Below, in pieces: positions 8,809-18,855 of a stretch of 64,000 nt of DNA; position 1 is the stretch's first letter, and every line of letters starts with the position of its first letter. The notes below the pieces were generated by a model. It did not search any database. It saw nothing but the letters and a program-made list of their open reading frames with translations, and was not told where the DNA came from. A program made the translations under genes and the position numbers. Origin of the DNA: Clostridia bacterium (GTDB lineage: Bacteria > Bacillota > Clostridia > Oscillospirales > CAG-382); the NCBI GenBank assembly GCA_017429165.1, contig JAFRPL010000014.1, forward strand, positions 2,113 to 66,112, read 5' to 3'.

Positions 8809-9370
8809 TTTTCACATCTTCTTTTATTACTGCGGCGATCACGTCGGCGGCGACGCCGGTACCGAAAACGCCGGGATGATAATCGTCTTCGACGAACAGC
8901 TCGCCGGCTTTTTCGCGGAGCGCGTAAAACGCGTCGCCCACGTCGGCGACAAGGCAGCCGTTAGCCGCGGCGGCTTCGTGATACGAATCGTGCAGCGCCA
9001 GCGTCATTTCTTTATACCCGAGCCCGGTGGAAGCCAGCTTTTCGCTGCCTTCGCGGTACGCCCAGGTGGCGTAGAGCAGCGGCTTCGCTCCGCATTCCCT
9101 TGCGCGCGCCGAAAGCTCCTTTACGCTTTGCATAAAGCTTTCTTTTTCGGTCACCGGCCCGCGGGACATTTCCTGAAGTATGACGTAATCCCATTTTTCC
9201 GTAAGCAGTTTGGCCGCGTTCGCGCCCAGTTCCGTGGCGGAGTTGAGCTGTTCCGAAAGCCGCGCGCCGCCGCGCACGTTGCGCACGACGTAAGCGTTCA
9301 GCCTTTCGGCGAGCTCTTTATCGAGATCGTTGCAGTAAGTAAAGCTGTTGCCCAGCATAAGGATCCTCAT
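8801..9370 (-). CDS. SGNH/GDSL-type hydrolase
   Basis: Block I is MLGNSFT and block V is DDYHP. It overlaps the downstream gene by 8 nt. Confidence 0.6.
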   Translation of the reverse strand: MRILMLGNSFTYCNDLDKELAERLNAYVVRNVRGGARLSEQLNSATELGANAAKLLTEKWDYVILQEMSRGPVTEKESFMQSVKELSARARECGAKPLLYATWAYREGSEKLASTGLGYKEMTLALHDSYHEAAAANGCLVADVGDAFYALREKAGELFVEDDYHPGVFGTGVAADVIAAVIKEDVKNG

Positions 9371-9384
9371 TTTTTAGCCCCCTG

Positions 9385-9843
9385 TTATTTTTCTACTGCG
9401 GTTATGCCCGTGCGGGCTATATCGAATTCGACGCCGTCAAACAGAGCGCAGAAACGTCCGAGATCTTCGCCCGTGCCGCACAGCTCGTAGACCGCGCCGG
9501 AAGCGCTTTGAGAAACGACGCGGTAATCCAGATCGTTTTCTTCGCGCTGAGGTAACGCGCCGCTGCGCACGCTTATAAGAAAAAGCTCGCGGCATACGGT
9601 GCGTTCGGGATCAAGCATGGCGACGCTGATGACGTCTTCAACTTTGCCGAGCTGGCTTTCGATCTGCTCAAAGGTGCGGTCGTCGCCGAGACATTCTATG
9701 GTCATACGCGAAACGCGCGGGTCGGTCGTCTCGCCGACGGTGAGACTCTTTATGTTGTAGCCGCGCCGAGCGAACAGGCCGGATATGCGCGTGAGAACGC
9801 CCGAATTGTTGTTGACGAACGCCGAAAAAATGCGCGTTTTCAT
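9385..9843 (-). CDS. ilvN: Acetolactate synthase small (regulatory) subunit
   Basis: ACT-domain N-terminus FVNNNSGVLTRISGLFARRGYNIKSLTVGET. ATG 9843 overlaps the ilvB TGA as ATGA. Confidence 0.85.
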   Translation of the reverse strand: MKTRIFSAFVNNNSGVLTRISGLFARRGYNIKSLTVGETTDPRVSRMTIECLGDDRTFEQIESQLGKVEDVISVAMLDPERTVCRELFLISVRSGALPQREENDLDYRVVSQSASGAVYELCGTGEDLGRFCALFDGVEFDIARTGITAVEK

Positions 9844-11369
9844 ATCTGCCCCTCCCATACGATAAGATAAGGCCCGGTTTTGGTTTCAGCGTCAAGCAGC
9901 GCGTTATCGAGCTCTTTTTCTGTCGACGCGTGCGCGTACGGCACGCCGAAGGCGCGCGACAGAGCGGAATATTCGATATGCGGCAGCTTGGTCTGGAATA
10001 TCCTGCCGCCGTACTGCTCGTTCTGCCATTTTTCTATCATGCCCAACGAACCGTTGTACACGACAACCTGAGTCACGTTCAGGCCGTAACGCGCGGCGGT
10101 CGTAAGCTCCTGCATATTCATGCCGAAACTGCCGTCGCCGGCGACGTTGATCACCCGCTTGCCGGTGCCGACAGACGCTCCTATAGCGGCAGGCAGCCCG
10201 AAGCCCATGGTCCCGAGCCCGCCGCTGGTTATGAAGGTGCGCGGCTGTTCGGTGCCTATGCGGTTGACCGCCTCGATCTGATGCAGACCGACTTCGGTGG
10301 TCACTATGGCGCCGCGGCGGTGGCGTTCGATAACTCCGAAAAAGCCTTCCGCCGGCGGTTTTCCGCCCTCAAAGCCCTTGTACGGCTTTTCTTTTATATG
10401 CGGGAGCAGCGATCGCAGCGTCTCTTTCATATCGCCCACCACGCGGGTGTGATATTCGGCGTTCTTTCCGGTCTCGGCGGCGTCGATATCCATATGCAGT
10501 ATCTTTGCGTTCGGCGCGAACGAGACCACGTTTTTCATAAGACGTTCGGAAAAACGTATGCCCATTGCGATGAACAGGTCGCACTTTTTGAGCGCGCGTT
10601 TTGCCTGTTCGCCCAGTTTCATCCCCACGACGCCGGCATATAGCGTATCGTACGCCGGGAACGCTCCCTTGCCCATTGCGGTCACGGCGACCGGACTGTT
10701 GATGCGGCGGGCCAGCGCTAAAAGTTCATTGGCGCTTTCGGAAGCTATGATACCCCCGCCCGCGCAGATGAACGGATATTCGCAGGCGTTGACCGCGTTT
10801 ATCGCGTTTTCGATCTCCGCCGTCGCGGGATGGTATTCGCGCGCGGGGAGCGGCGTCACGTCGCATTCCTGAGTTTCGGTATCGAATATATCGGTGGGTA
10901 TATCGACCAGCACCGGTCCTTTGCGCCCCGAATTCGCTATGAGGAACGCGCGCTTTAAGGCGCTTGCGAGCTCGGACGCGGATTTGACTATGAAATTGTG
11001 TTTGGTGACAGGCATTGTGACGCCGGTGATATCTATTTCCTGAAACGCGTCGTGTCCCAGCAGCGAAAGCTTTACGTTGCCGGTTATCGCAACTATCGGT
11101 ATGGAATCCATATACGCGTTGGCGATGCCCGTGACCAGATTGGTGGCGCCAGGTCCGCTGGTGGCGAGTACCACGCCGACTTTACCCGTGGCGCGGGCGT
11201 AGCCGTCCGCCGCGTGGCAGGCGAACTGCTCGTGCGAGGAAAGTATATGCGTTATGCCGGAGCCGATCAGCGCGTCATAGACCGGAAGCACGCTTCCGCC
11301 GGGGTAACCGAATATATGCGTTACGCCGTGGCTTTTGAGGCACTCGACGACGATTTGCGAACCTTTCAT
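9840..11369 (-). CDS. ilvB: Acetolactate synthase large subunit (ThDP-dependent)
   Basis: MKGSQIVVECLKSHGVTHIFGYPGG..., plus a ThDP motif region GLGTMGFGLPAAIGA...GDGSF. The start is ATG 11369 behind GAAGGCGGTGA. The longer track ORF has no RBS. Confidence 0.9.
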   Translation of the reverse strand: MKGSQIVVECLKSHGVTHIFGYPGGSVLPVYDALIGSGITHILSSHEQFACHAADGYARATGKVGVVLATSGPGATNLVTGIANAYMDSIPIVAITGNVKLSLLGHDAFQEIDITGVTMPVTKHNFIVKSASELASALKRAFLIANSGRKGPVLVDIPTDIFDTETQECDVTPLPAREYHPATAEIENAINAVNACEYPFICAGGGIIASESANELLALARRINSPVAVTAMGKGAFPAYDTLYAGVVGMKLGEQAKRALKKCDLFIAMGIRFSERLMKNVVSFAPNAKILHMDIDAAETGKNAEYHTRVVGDMKETLRSLLPHIKEKPYKGFEGGKPPAEGFFGVIERHRRGAIVTTEVGLHQIEAVNRIGTEQPRTFITSGGLGTMGFGLPAAIGASVGTGKRVINVAGDGSFGMNMQELTTAARYGLNVTQVVVYNGSLGMIEKWQNEQYGGRIFQTKLPHIEYSALSRAFGVPYAHASTEKELDNALLDAETKTGPYLIVWEGQI

Positions 11370-11393
11370 TGTTTCACCGCCTTCTTTTAGTGG

Positions 11394-11423
11394 ATTATAG
11401 CACAAAACAGGCGCGTTTGTCAA
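11394..11423 (-). promoter_or_regulatory. Promoter for ilvBN
   Basis: The minus strand reads TTGACA-N18-TATAAT with TGc (extended -10). The leader is only about 20 nt, so there is no attenuator or T-box. Confidence 0.5.
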
Positions 11424-11445
11424 TAAACGCGCAAGATATAAACGC

Positions 11446-11477
11446 AAAAAGAGCGCTTGATCAAAGCGCTCTTTTTG
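11446..11477. terminator. Intrinsic terminator after the zinc-ribbon gene (palindromic, bidirectional)
   Basis: AAAAAGAGCGCTT-gatc-AAAGCGCTCTTTTT. Confidence 0.75.
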
Positions 11478-11508
11478 TAGTCATTGTTTGTCGTTTGCCT
11501 TTAACGCC

Positions 11509-11784
11509 TTAGTTCTGCTTCATAGCTGCGAAGCATTCACTGCAGTAAATAGGTCTGTCAGTGGTGGGCTGGAAAGGAACGGTAGCTTCTTTGCCGCATT
11601 TAGCGCAAACGCCGGTGAACATCTCGCGCGGAGCTTTGGCAGCGTTCTTTCTTGCCGCTCTGCATTCTTTGCATCTCTGCGGTTCGTTCTGGAAGCCGCG
11701 AGCTGCGTAGAATTCCTGTTCGCCTGCGGTGAAAACGAATTCTTTACCGCATTCTTTGCAAACCAATGTCTTGTCTTCGAACAT
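11509..11784 (-). CDS. Small zinc-ribbon domain protein (two CxxC...CxxC units)
   Basis: 91 aa with CKECG...CKEC and CAKCG...CSEC. GTGAGGT lies upstream of the ATG. Confidence 0.7.
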   Translation of the reverse strand: MFEDKTLVCKECGKEFVFTAGEQEFYAARGFQNEPQRCKECRAARKNAAKAPREMFTGVCAKCGKEATVPFQPTTDRPIYCSECFAAMKQN

Positions 11785-11836
11785 GTTTGAGGTACCTCAC
11801 TTGAAAATTTTATAATAAACCCTTGTTAGGGGCGTA

Positions 11837-12409
11837 TTACCGCGTCTTGAACTTTTTGATCTTGGATTTTATTCGAGTTATTGCGTTATCTACGCTTTTG
11901 ACAGAACAGCCCATTTTTTCGGCCATGGCGGAATATTTCATGCCGGAAATATAGAGTGAAAACGTTTTCTTTTCAAAAGGTGAAAGCTCGTTGACAAAGC
12001 TCATCATGCGCTGTCTGTCTTCGTCCCGGTATCTGTCGTCCGCGGCCGCATCGAGCGGGGCGGGAATATGATCCGGTACTTCTGCCGAATATACCAAACG
12101 GTTTGCGCGGTTATACTTGCGCAAGGCGCTGATCATGCTGCGCTTTACGCAAAGAGAGGCATAGGTCTGGAATGCGGAAGAGGTATTGTCGTATGTGCGG
12201 ATCGCCTTTAAAAGCCCGATCATGCCTTCCTGAAAAAGGTCGTCGCGTTCGGAAGGGGGGACCTGAAAGGACGAAACGCACCCGTTCACAAGCGGGATGT
12301 AACGTTTATACAAGGTCTCGAAAGCTGAGTCGTCGTTGTTCCTTGCCGCAAGGATAAGTTCGTATTCGGCGGATTGTACAAAAGGATCTGAGTTGTTGTT
12401 TTTACGCAT
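11837..12409 (-). CDS. Sigma-70 family RNA polymerase sigma factor, SigH-like
   Basis: Region 2 DDLFQEGMIGLLKAIRTYD...FQTYASLCVKRSMISALRK and region 4 KSVDNAITRIKSKIKK resemble B. subtilis SigH by eye. The genomic context is not the canonical sigH locus. Confidence 0.7.
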   Translation of the reverse strand: MRKNNNSDPFVQSAEYELILAARNNDDSAFETLYKRYIPLVNGCVSSFQVPPSERDDLFQEGMIGLLKAIRTYDNTSSAFQTYASLCVKRSMISALRKYNRANRLVYSAEVPDHIPAPLDAAADDRYRDEDRQRMMSFVNELSPFEKKTFSLYISGMKYSAMAEKMGCSVKSVDNAITRIKSKIKKFKTR

Positions 12410-12446
12410 AATACACCGCCGAAAAATCTGCCTTTACAAATAGGCA

Positions 12447-12475
12447 TTATATAACACGATTTTGGATTTGTCAAT
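12447..12475 (-). promoter_or_regulatory. Promoter for the SigH-like gene
   Basis: The minus strand reads TTGACA-N17-TATAAT. Confidence 0.5.
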
Positions 12476-12521
12476 ATTTTTTGCAAAAATTGTAAAATTT
12501 TTTAGAATAAACCGCGCGTTT

Positions 12522-13259
12522 TCAGTAAATATCCACCATGCAGTGCGGATCGCGGCGCAGCGCCTCCGCCGCCTTGTGCCAAAGCGCGGGTGCGGACATA
12601 AGCGTGCATTCCGCCTGAAGGACTTTGCCGCGCGATATTTCGCCCGGCGAAAGCAGCGCCTCGGCGCGCTCGTAGCGCTGGGATGTGCGCGCGAAACCGT
12701 GGGTGTGATACTTTTTGGTATACGTCCTGCCTTCGTTATCGGTAAGCGTATAGACTATATCGTCGCCGTAAAGGTAGTCCGGCACCACGAGCTCTTCTAT
12801 TCCGTGCATCGAAGTGTTGGGTGTGGTGCCGCACCCCAGAAACAGGATCTTGCCGCCGTCGCGCGCGAGCTTGTAAAACGGCGAATTCGGGCCGACCGGC
12901 GTTATATCCAGCGCGTGGGATTCCAGATAATACCCGGCTTTATACCCTGTCGCGCAGCACGAATGAGTGGGATGCACCGAACGTTTTACGCCCGGAAGAC
13001 GGCGGAAGTATTCCGGCAAGAACCCTACGCAGACCGGCGTGGTATTCACATCGAAGACCGGGTTTGCGGCGGTGACGTTCGCCCACGAAAGCGCGGGCAG
13101 CACCAGCGTGCCTTTTTCGCCGAGCGCCGCGCGCAGAGCGTCTATGACTTCGCCGGGGTCGACGTTTTTGCCGAGCTTGGAAAAAGCGGTATGCACGAGC
13201 AGCGAATCGCCCTCGCGCACGCCGAGCGCGCGCAGATCGGAAATCATTTGTTCTTTCAT
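12522..13259 (-). CDS. AAC(3)-family N-acetyltransferase (YokD-like)
   Basis: LRALGVREGDSLLVHTAFSKLG...GTLVLPALSW is typical of aminoglycoside 3-N-acetyltransferase-fold proteins. There is an ATGA overlap with the GH13 gene. Confidence 0.75.
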   Translation of the reverse strand: MKEQMISDLRALGVREGDSLLVHTAFSKLGKNVDPGEVIDALRAALGEKGTLVLPALSWANVTAANPVFDVNTTPVCVGFLPEYFRRLPGVKRSVHPTHSCCATGYKAGYYLESHALDITPVGPNSPFYKLARDGGKILFLGCGTTPNTSMHGIEELVVPDYLYGDDIVYTLTDNEGRTYTKKYHTHGFARTSQRYERAEALLSPGEISRGKVLQAECTLMSAPALWHKAAEALRRDPHCMVDIY

Positions 13260-14971
13260 TTTGCCGTCTCCTTATATACTCCGGTCTCGCCGGGGTAAAG
13301 AATATGCGTCGCGCCGTTCAGCGGGACGAGCGCAGGGTCGACTTTATAGTCGTACTCACACGACATATTGCACACGCAGACCGCGCATTCTTCGCCGAGC
13401 GTGCGCTTTATGACGATGAAGCCGTCGTTGCATTGAGTCACTTCGGTATCGCCCGAGACGAGGCATTCGTTTTCGCGCCGCATACGCGCGGCGGCGCGGA
13501 CGGTCTGAAGTATGCCTTCGTCTTCATTTCCCCACGGGAAAGGCCGGCGGTCGAACGGATCCCTGCCGCCTTCCAGCCCCGCTTCGTCGCCGTAATAGAC
13601 CGACGGCACGCCGGGCAGGCAGAACAGCAGCCAGAACGCCGCTTTGAGCAGTTTTGCCGCGCGTGCGCGGTCTTCGGGCGCAAGGCGCATGGCGGCGAGT
13701 TCGGAGCCGCTTTTGCCGTCCGAGCTCTGACCGCCGAGCAGTGTGAGCACGCGTTCGGTATCGTGCGTGCCGAGCATATTCATAAGGCACAGCAGAGAGC
13801 GGCGCGGATAATGCGCTGTCTGCGTTTCGATCGCCGCTTTGAGCGGAGCCGCGTCGTGTTTGCTGAAATATTCGAGTATAGCGCTTCGCACCGGATAATT
13901 CATCGCCGAATCGAGCCAGGCGCCGCAGAAATACTTTTTGCGTTCGCTGTACGCCACCTTGTCGGTGACGTCTTCCCACACCTCGCCTATAATTATGGCT
14001 TCGGGGTCGCACGTTTTGGCGGCACGGGTTATCTCTTCCAAAAAATCGTTGCTGTATTCGTCCACCACGTCGAGCCGCCAGCCGTCGACTCCCATCGCCA
14101 TATAATGCGGGATGACCGTCTTGCAGATAAAATCGCGGTATGAGCGCACTTTGCGTATCTTGGGCACGTTGGTCAGCCCCCACCAGCAGTCGTAGCTGCC
14201 GTCGGGACGGATATCGAACCATTCGCGGTATGGCGAATCTTCGTTTACGTAGGCGCCGCCGTACTGATCGAGTCTGTCGAAATACACCGACCTGTCGCCG
14301 ACGTGATTGAACACGCCGTCGAGTATGAGTTTTATCCCCCGCGAGTGGCATTCCTTAACGAGATGCACCAGCGCCGCGTCGCCGCCGAACATCGGATCGA
14401 CCGACATAAAATCGCCGGTGTCGTATTTGTGGTTGGAATAGGCGGTGAATATAGGGCTCAGGTAAAGCCATTCGCACCCGAGCGATCGCAGATAATCGAG
14501 CTTTTCCGCCACTCCATAAAGCGTTCCGCCGAAAAACATATTGTTTTCTACGGGCATGCCCGGATATTCGGCGTACTGCGGCACGCCGCCGTACCAGTCG
14601 TCGTTCATCACGACGTCGGGGCGTACGGGGACGTCGCCGCCGCGCGCGAAGCGGTCGACGAAGACGTGATAAATGATCCCTTTGGGCGGAGCTATGAGCG
14701 GGTACTTTTCGGCATAGTAGACCACGCGGTCGTGCATCACTACCCTGCCGTTCGCCGAAAGCACAAAGGTATAAACTCCGGCGTCGAGCGGCGGGAAATC
14801 TATGCTTTCGCCGCGGCAGGCGGTTTCGTGTACGCGCACGTTTTCGTAAAGCAGCGCCAGACCCACGGTCCGAGCGCCTTCGACGACCGCGCGAAACTCG
14901 CTGCCCGAATATTTGACGAGCGAACGCGTTTCGGCGCCGCCGGATATGAAACGGACCGGCAGATCAGCCAT
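13256..14971 (-). CDS. GH13 alpha-amylase-family glycosidase (neopullulanase/maltodextrin-type)
   Basis: GH13 conserved regions are present: DGVFNHVG, GVDGWRLDVVDE, IIGEVWE, LGTHDTER. Confidence 0.85.
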   Translation of the reverse strand: MADLPVRFISGGAETRSLVKYSGSEFRAVVEGARTVGLALLYENVRVHETACRGESIDFPPLDAGVYTFVLSANGRVVMHDRVVYYAEKYPLIAPPKGIIYHVFVDRFARGGDVPVRPDVVMNDDWYGGVPQYAEYPGMPVENNMFFGGTLYGVAEKLDYLRSLGCEWLYLSPIFTAYSNHKYDTGDFMSVDPMFGGDAALVHLVKECHSRGIKLILDGVFNHVGDRSVYFDRLDQYGGAYVNEDSPYREWFDIRPDGSYDCWWGLTNVPKIRKVRSYRDFICKTVIPHYMAMGVDGWRLDVVDEYSNDFLEEITRAAKTCDPEAIIIGEVWEDVTDKVAYSERKKYFCGAWLDSAMNYPVRSAILEYFSKHDAAPLKAAIETQTAHYPRRSLLCLMNMLGTHDTERVLTLLGGQSSDGKSGSELAAMRLAPEDRARAAKLLKAAFWLLFCLPGVPSVYYGDEAGLEGGRDPFDRRPFPWGNEDEGILQTVRAAARMRRENECLVSGDTEVTQCNDGFIVIKRTLGEECAVCVCNMSCEYDYKVDPALVPLNGATHILYPGETGVYKETAK

Positions 14972-17378
14972 TGTCTTTGCCCATTCCCCAGATGTTTTCG
15001 GCGTATTCCTTTATGCTGCGATCGGAAGAAAACTTGCCCGCTTTTGCGATATTGATCGCGGAAGAGCGGTTCCACGCGCCGATATCGGAATACTTGCGGT
15101 CTGCGACGCGGTGCGCTTCGGTGAAGAAAGCGAAATCGGCGAGACACATATACGGATCCGAAACGCCGTAGGAATAAAGCAGATAATTGGCGATATCGCT
15201 GAACGAGCGCCCGTTGTATCCCGCCTGAAGCGAATCGATCGCGGCTTTGAGATCGGAGTTTGAATTGTAATAATTCGCGGACGAATAACCCTTTTTCCAA
15301 AGCTCGTCGACTTCGGAGGCGGTATGACCGAAGATGAAGATGTTGTCGGGGCCGACCGCTTCCGCCATTTCGACGTTGGCGCCGTCGAGCGTGCCGAGCG
15401 TGAGCGCGCCGTTGATCATAAATTTCATGTTCCCGGTGCCGGACGCCTCTTTGCCTGCCAGCGAGATCTGTTCGCTGAGCTCGGCGGCGGGCATGAGCCG
15501 CTCGGCGAGCGATACGCAGTAGTTTTCCAAAAACACTACCTTCAGCTTATCACGCGTGAGCGGATTTTTATTGATATCCGCCGCGAGATAGCAGATAAAG
15601 CGGATGATATCCTTGGCGATATAATAACCGGGCGCGGCTTTGGCGCCGAAGATAAACGTCTTGGGCGTGACGTCGAGCGACGGGTCGCGCTTGAGATTCA
15701 CGTACAGTGAAGCGATATAAAGCGCGTTCATCAGCTGACGCTTGTATTCGTGCAGACGCTTGACCTGAACGTCGAACATCGACGCGGGATCGATGATCTC
15801 GCCGGTGGTGCGGCGGATAAAGGCGGCGAAATCTTCTTTGTTCGCGCGCTTTATCTGCGAAAGGCGTTCACACACGGAAGCGTCGTCGGCGAACGTAGCG
15901 AATTTTTCCAGCTGCGAAGCGTCTGTGCGGTAACCCGTGCCGATACATTCGTCGAGCAGGGCGCTGAGGCGCGGGTTGGAAAGGCAGAGCCATCTTCTGT
16001 GGGCAATGCCGTTGGTCACATTGGTGAGCTTGCCGGGAAACGCGTCGTCGAAATCGCGGAACACGGTGTTTTTGAGAATATCGGAATGCAGTTTTGAAAC
16101 GCCGTTCACCTTATGCGAACCGATGACCGAAAGGTTCGCCATGCGCACCTGGCCGTGGCTCAACACCGACATACGGTCGATCTTATCCCAGTTTCCGGGG
16201 AATTTTTCCCAAGCTTCGGCACAGAAACGACGGTTGATCTCTTTGATTATCATGTAAATGCGCGGAAGCTTGAACCTGAAGAGGTCTTCGTTCCAGCATT
16301 CGAGCGCTTCGGGAAGTACCGTGTGGTTGGTATAGGACACCGTGGCGACCGTCATGCGCCAGGCGTCTTCCCACGAATAGTTGTGCACGTCTACGAGCAG
16401 CCGCATGAGTTCGGGTATGACGAGCGCCGGGTGGGTGTCGTTTATGTGGATGGCGACTTTTTCGGGCAGGTTGTCGAGCGTCTTGTACTGCTCGATATGT
16501 GCGAGCAGTATGTTCTGCAAAGACGCCGAAACGAGCAGATACTGCTGGCTGAGGCGCAGCAGCTTGCCTTCGTGGTGGTTATCGGCGGGATACAGCACGC
16601 GTGTGAGCGTTTCGGCTATTGTGTTGTCTTCCACCGCCTTCAAGTACTGCCCCTGCGAAAACGCTTCCATATTGAAGTTCTTTATGCCTTTGGCTTTCCA
16701 AAGTCTGAGCGGCGCCACGGCTTTGGAATGATAGCCCGAAACGAACATATCGTAGGGCACGGCTTCGACCTCGTCGTAATCGCGGTAGGTGATCTCGAGC
16801 CGGCCGTTGTTCCAGTTTTCCTCTACCCTGCCGCCGAAACGCACCCGGACCGATCTGTCCTGACGCGGTACCAACCAGGCCTCGCCCGAAGGAAGCCAGA
16901 TGTCCGGCAGCTCGAGCTGCTCGCCGTCGACTGTCTTCTGCCTGAAGAGCCCGTATTCGTAGCAAATGGAAAAGCCGCGCGCCTGATACTGCATAGTGGC
17001 GAGCGAATCCATAAAACAGGCGGCGAGTCTTCCGAGACCGCCGTTGCCGAGCCCCGGATCCTGTTCCATTTCGCAAATGTTTTCGAGTGAAAAGCCCATT
17101 TCCGAAAGTACCTGGCTGTAAACTTCGGTAAGTCCCAGATTGAATATGTTCATGCGCAGCGAAGGTCCAAGAAGGAACTCCATGCACATATAATACACCT
17201 TTTTGCGGTCTTTGGACTGGTCGCGGAACGCCTTGTTTTTTTCGGCGAGTTTGTCGCGGACCGTGAGCACGGTCGCTTTGTATACCTGTTCCGCAGTCGC
17301 CTCGGCAGGCGTCACCGCGAAATAGCGCGATATTTTATCGGTAATTGCGTTGCGTATATCTTTTGCGGTAGAATTCAT
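14964..17378 (-). CDS. glgP: Glycogen/starch phosphorylase (GT35)
   Basis: 804 aa with the pyridoxal-phosphate site EASGTGNMKFMINGALTLGTLDGANVE. Confidence 0.95.
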   Translation of the reverse strand: MNSTAKDIRNAITDKISRYFAVTPAEATAEQVYKATVLTVRDKLAEKNKAFRDQSKDRKKVYYMCMEFLLGPSLRMNIFNLGLTEVYSQVLSEMGFSLENICEMEQDPGLGNGGLGRLAACFMDSLATMQYQARGFSICYEYGLFRQKTVDGEQLELPDIWLPSGEAWLVPRQDRSVRVRFGGRVEENWNNGRLEITYRDYDEVEAVPYDMFVSGYHSKAVAPLRLWKAKGIKNFNMEAFSQGQYLKAVEDNTIAETLTRVLYPADNHHEGKLLRLSQQYLLVSASLQNILLAHIEQYKTLDNLPEKVAIHINDTHPALVIPELMRLLVDVHNYSWEDAWRMTVATVSYTNHTVLPEALECWNEDLFRFKLPRIYMIIKEINRRFCAEAWEKFPGNWDKIDRMSVLSHGQVRMANLSVIGSHKVNGVSKLHSDILKNTVFRDFDDAFPGKLTNVTNGIAHRRWLCLSNPRLSALLDECIGTGYRTDASQLEKFATFADDASVCERLSQIKRANKEDFAAFIRRTTGEIIDPASMFDVQVKRLHEYKRQLMNALYIASLYVNLKRDPSLDVTPKTFIFGAKAAPGYYIAKDIIRFICYLAADINKNPLTRDKLKVVFLENYCVSLAERLMPAAELSEQISLAGKEASGTGNMKFMINGALTLGTLDGANVEMAEAVGPDNIFIFGHTASEVDELWKKGYSSANYYNSNSDLKAAIDSLQAGYNGRSFSDIANYLLYSYGVSDPYMCLADFAFFTEAHRVADRKYSDIGAWNRSSAINIAKAGKFSSDRSIKEYAENIWGMGKDNG

Positions 17379-17406
17379 AACTGCTCCTGAAAAAAGAATT
17401 GATCGG

Positions 17407-18834
17407 TTATAAGCCGTAGACCTGCTTAATATACTGTTTTGCGGATTTTTTCCACGAAAAATCCCATCTCATAACTGTCTTGACAAGGGTCTCCCAGCTT
17501 TCTTTGCGGGAATACCCTTCGAGCGCGCGCCCGACCGCCTGATACAGTTCCCACACCGAATATGGCGCGAACGTGTACCCGTTGCCGCCGCCGGGGCAGC
17601 CGATATCATGGATGGAATCGTAAAGTCCGCCGGTCTCGCGGACGAGCGGCACCGCGCCGTAGCGCGAAGCGATCATCTGCGCCAGCCCGCACGGTTCACT
17701 GCGCGAAGGCATGAGGAAGATATCGGCGCCTGCGTAGATCTTTTTGGCGAGCGATTTGTCAAATGCGAACCGCACCGCCGCTTTGCGCGGATATCTTTCG
17801 GCAAGGCAGGCGAAGAACTGCTCGTAATAGCTGTCGCCGGTACCGAGAACGATCAGCTGCAGTTCCTTTTGAAGGATATCGTCGGCGGCGAGCGTGATAA
17901 GGTCTATGCCTTTGTGGTCGACGAGGCGCGATATCACCGCCAGCACGGGGATATCCGGATCGGCGGGCAGCCCCATAAGCTTTTGCAGTTCTTCTTTGTC
18001 GGCGCGTTTGCCCTTTAAGCTGCGCGCCGAATAGTTGGCGTACAGCTCGGTATCGGACGCGGGGTCATAGTACGAAGTGTCTATGCCGTTGAGTATGCCG
18101 CACAGTTTGCCTTTGTTCTGCTCGAGCACGTAATGCAGTCCGTGCGAAAACTGCGGCGAAAGGATCTCCTTGGCATAGGTGGGCGAGACAGTGGTGACCC
18201 TGTCGGCGCAGACTATTGCGCCTTTCATGAGATTTATGCAGCCGTCGTATTCCAGCACGGCTTCATCGGAATTGGGGATATCGAACACGTCGCCGAGTAT
18301 GGCTTTGTCGTATATGCCCTGATACTGGATATTGTGTATGGTGAACACGGTCTTTATGCCGCTGTATTCCGGCACGAGCCCGTATTTGTATTTGAGATAC
18401 ACCACGGTGAGCGCTGACTGCCAGTCGTGGGCGTGAAGGATATCGGGTATAAAATCTATGCGCTGCAGCGATTCGAGCGCGGCGCGGCAAAAGAACGCGT
18501 AGCGTTCGCCGTCGTCGAAACTGCCGTAAAGCGACTGGCGCTTGAAATAATATTCGTTATCCAGAAAATAATAAGTTATACCGTCTTTGATCAGCGAAAG
18601 CACGCCGCAGTACTGACGGCGCCACGCGAGCGGGACGTCGAAATGGCACAGGAGTTCCATCTTTTCGCGGTAGGTCTCGCCTATCTGCGCGTAAAGCGGT
18701 ATCATTACGCGGATATCGGCTTTATCGCCGTATTCTTTTTTGAGCGCGGCGGGCAGCGAGCCGATGACGTCGCCCAGGCCGCCGGAAGAAACGAACGGTA
18801 CGCATTCCGAAGCGACAAAAAGGATCTTCTTCAT
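17407..18834 (-). CDS. glgA: Glycogen synthase (GT5)
   Basis: MKKILFVASECVPFVSSGGLGDV, 475 aa, GGAGGA RBS. Confidence 0.95.
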   Translation of the reverse strand: MKKILFVASECVPFVSSGGLGDVIGSLPAALKKEYGDKADIRVMIPLYAQIGETYREKMELLCHFDVPLAWRRQYCGVLSLIKDGITYYFLDNEYYFKRQSLYGSFDDGERYAFFCRAALESLQRIDFIPDILHAHDWQSALTVVYLKYKYGLVPEYSGIKTVFTIHNIQYQGIYDKAILGDVFDIPNSDEAVLEYDGCINLMKGAIVCADRVTTVSPTYAKEILSPQFSHGLHYVLEQNKGKLCGILNGIDTSYYDPASDTELYANYSARSLKGKRADKEELQKLMGLPADPDIPVLAVISRLVDHKGIDLITLAADDILQKELQLIVLGTGDSYYEQFFACLAERYPRKAAVRFAFDKSLAKKIYAGADIFLMPSRSEPCGLAQMIASRYGAVPLVRETGGLYDSIHDIGCPGGGNGYTFAPYSVWELYQAVGRALEGYSRKESWETLVKTVMRWDFSWKKSAKQYIKQVYGL

Positions 18835-18855
18835 AGTATCTTCCTCCGCTTTTTC

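Noticed and set aside
9385-9858. Longer starts for ilvN (9858), ilvB (11447), glgC (21274), rsmG (37370), hpf (61339), hup (63569), secA (41234), rpsO (24108), GH20 (49090) and the aminotransferase (49123)
   Set aside because: In each case the conserved family N-terminus begins at an internal start with a good Shine-Dalgarno sequence. The extension overlaps a neighbouring gene, promoter or terminator.
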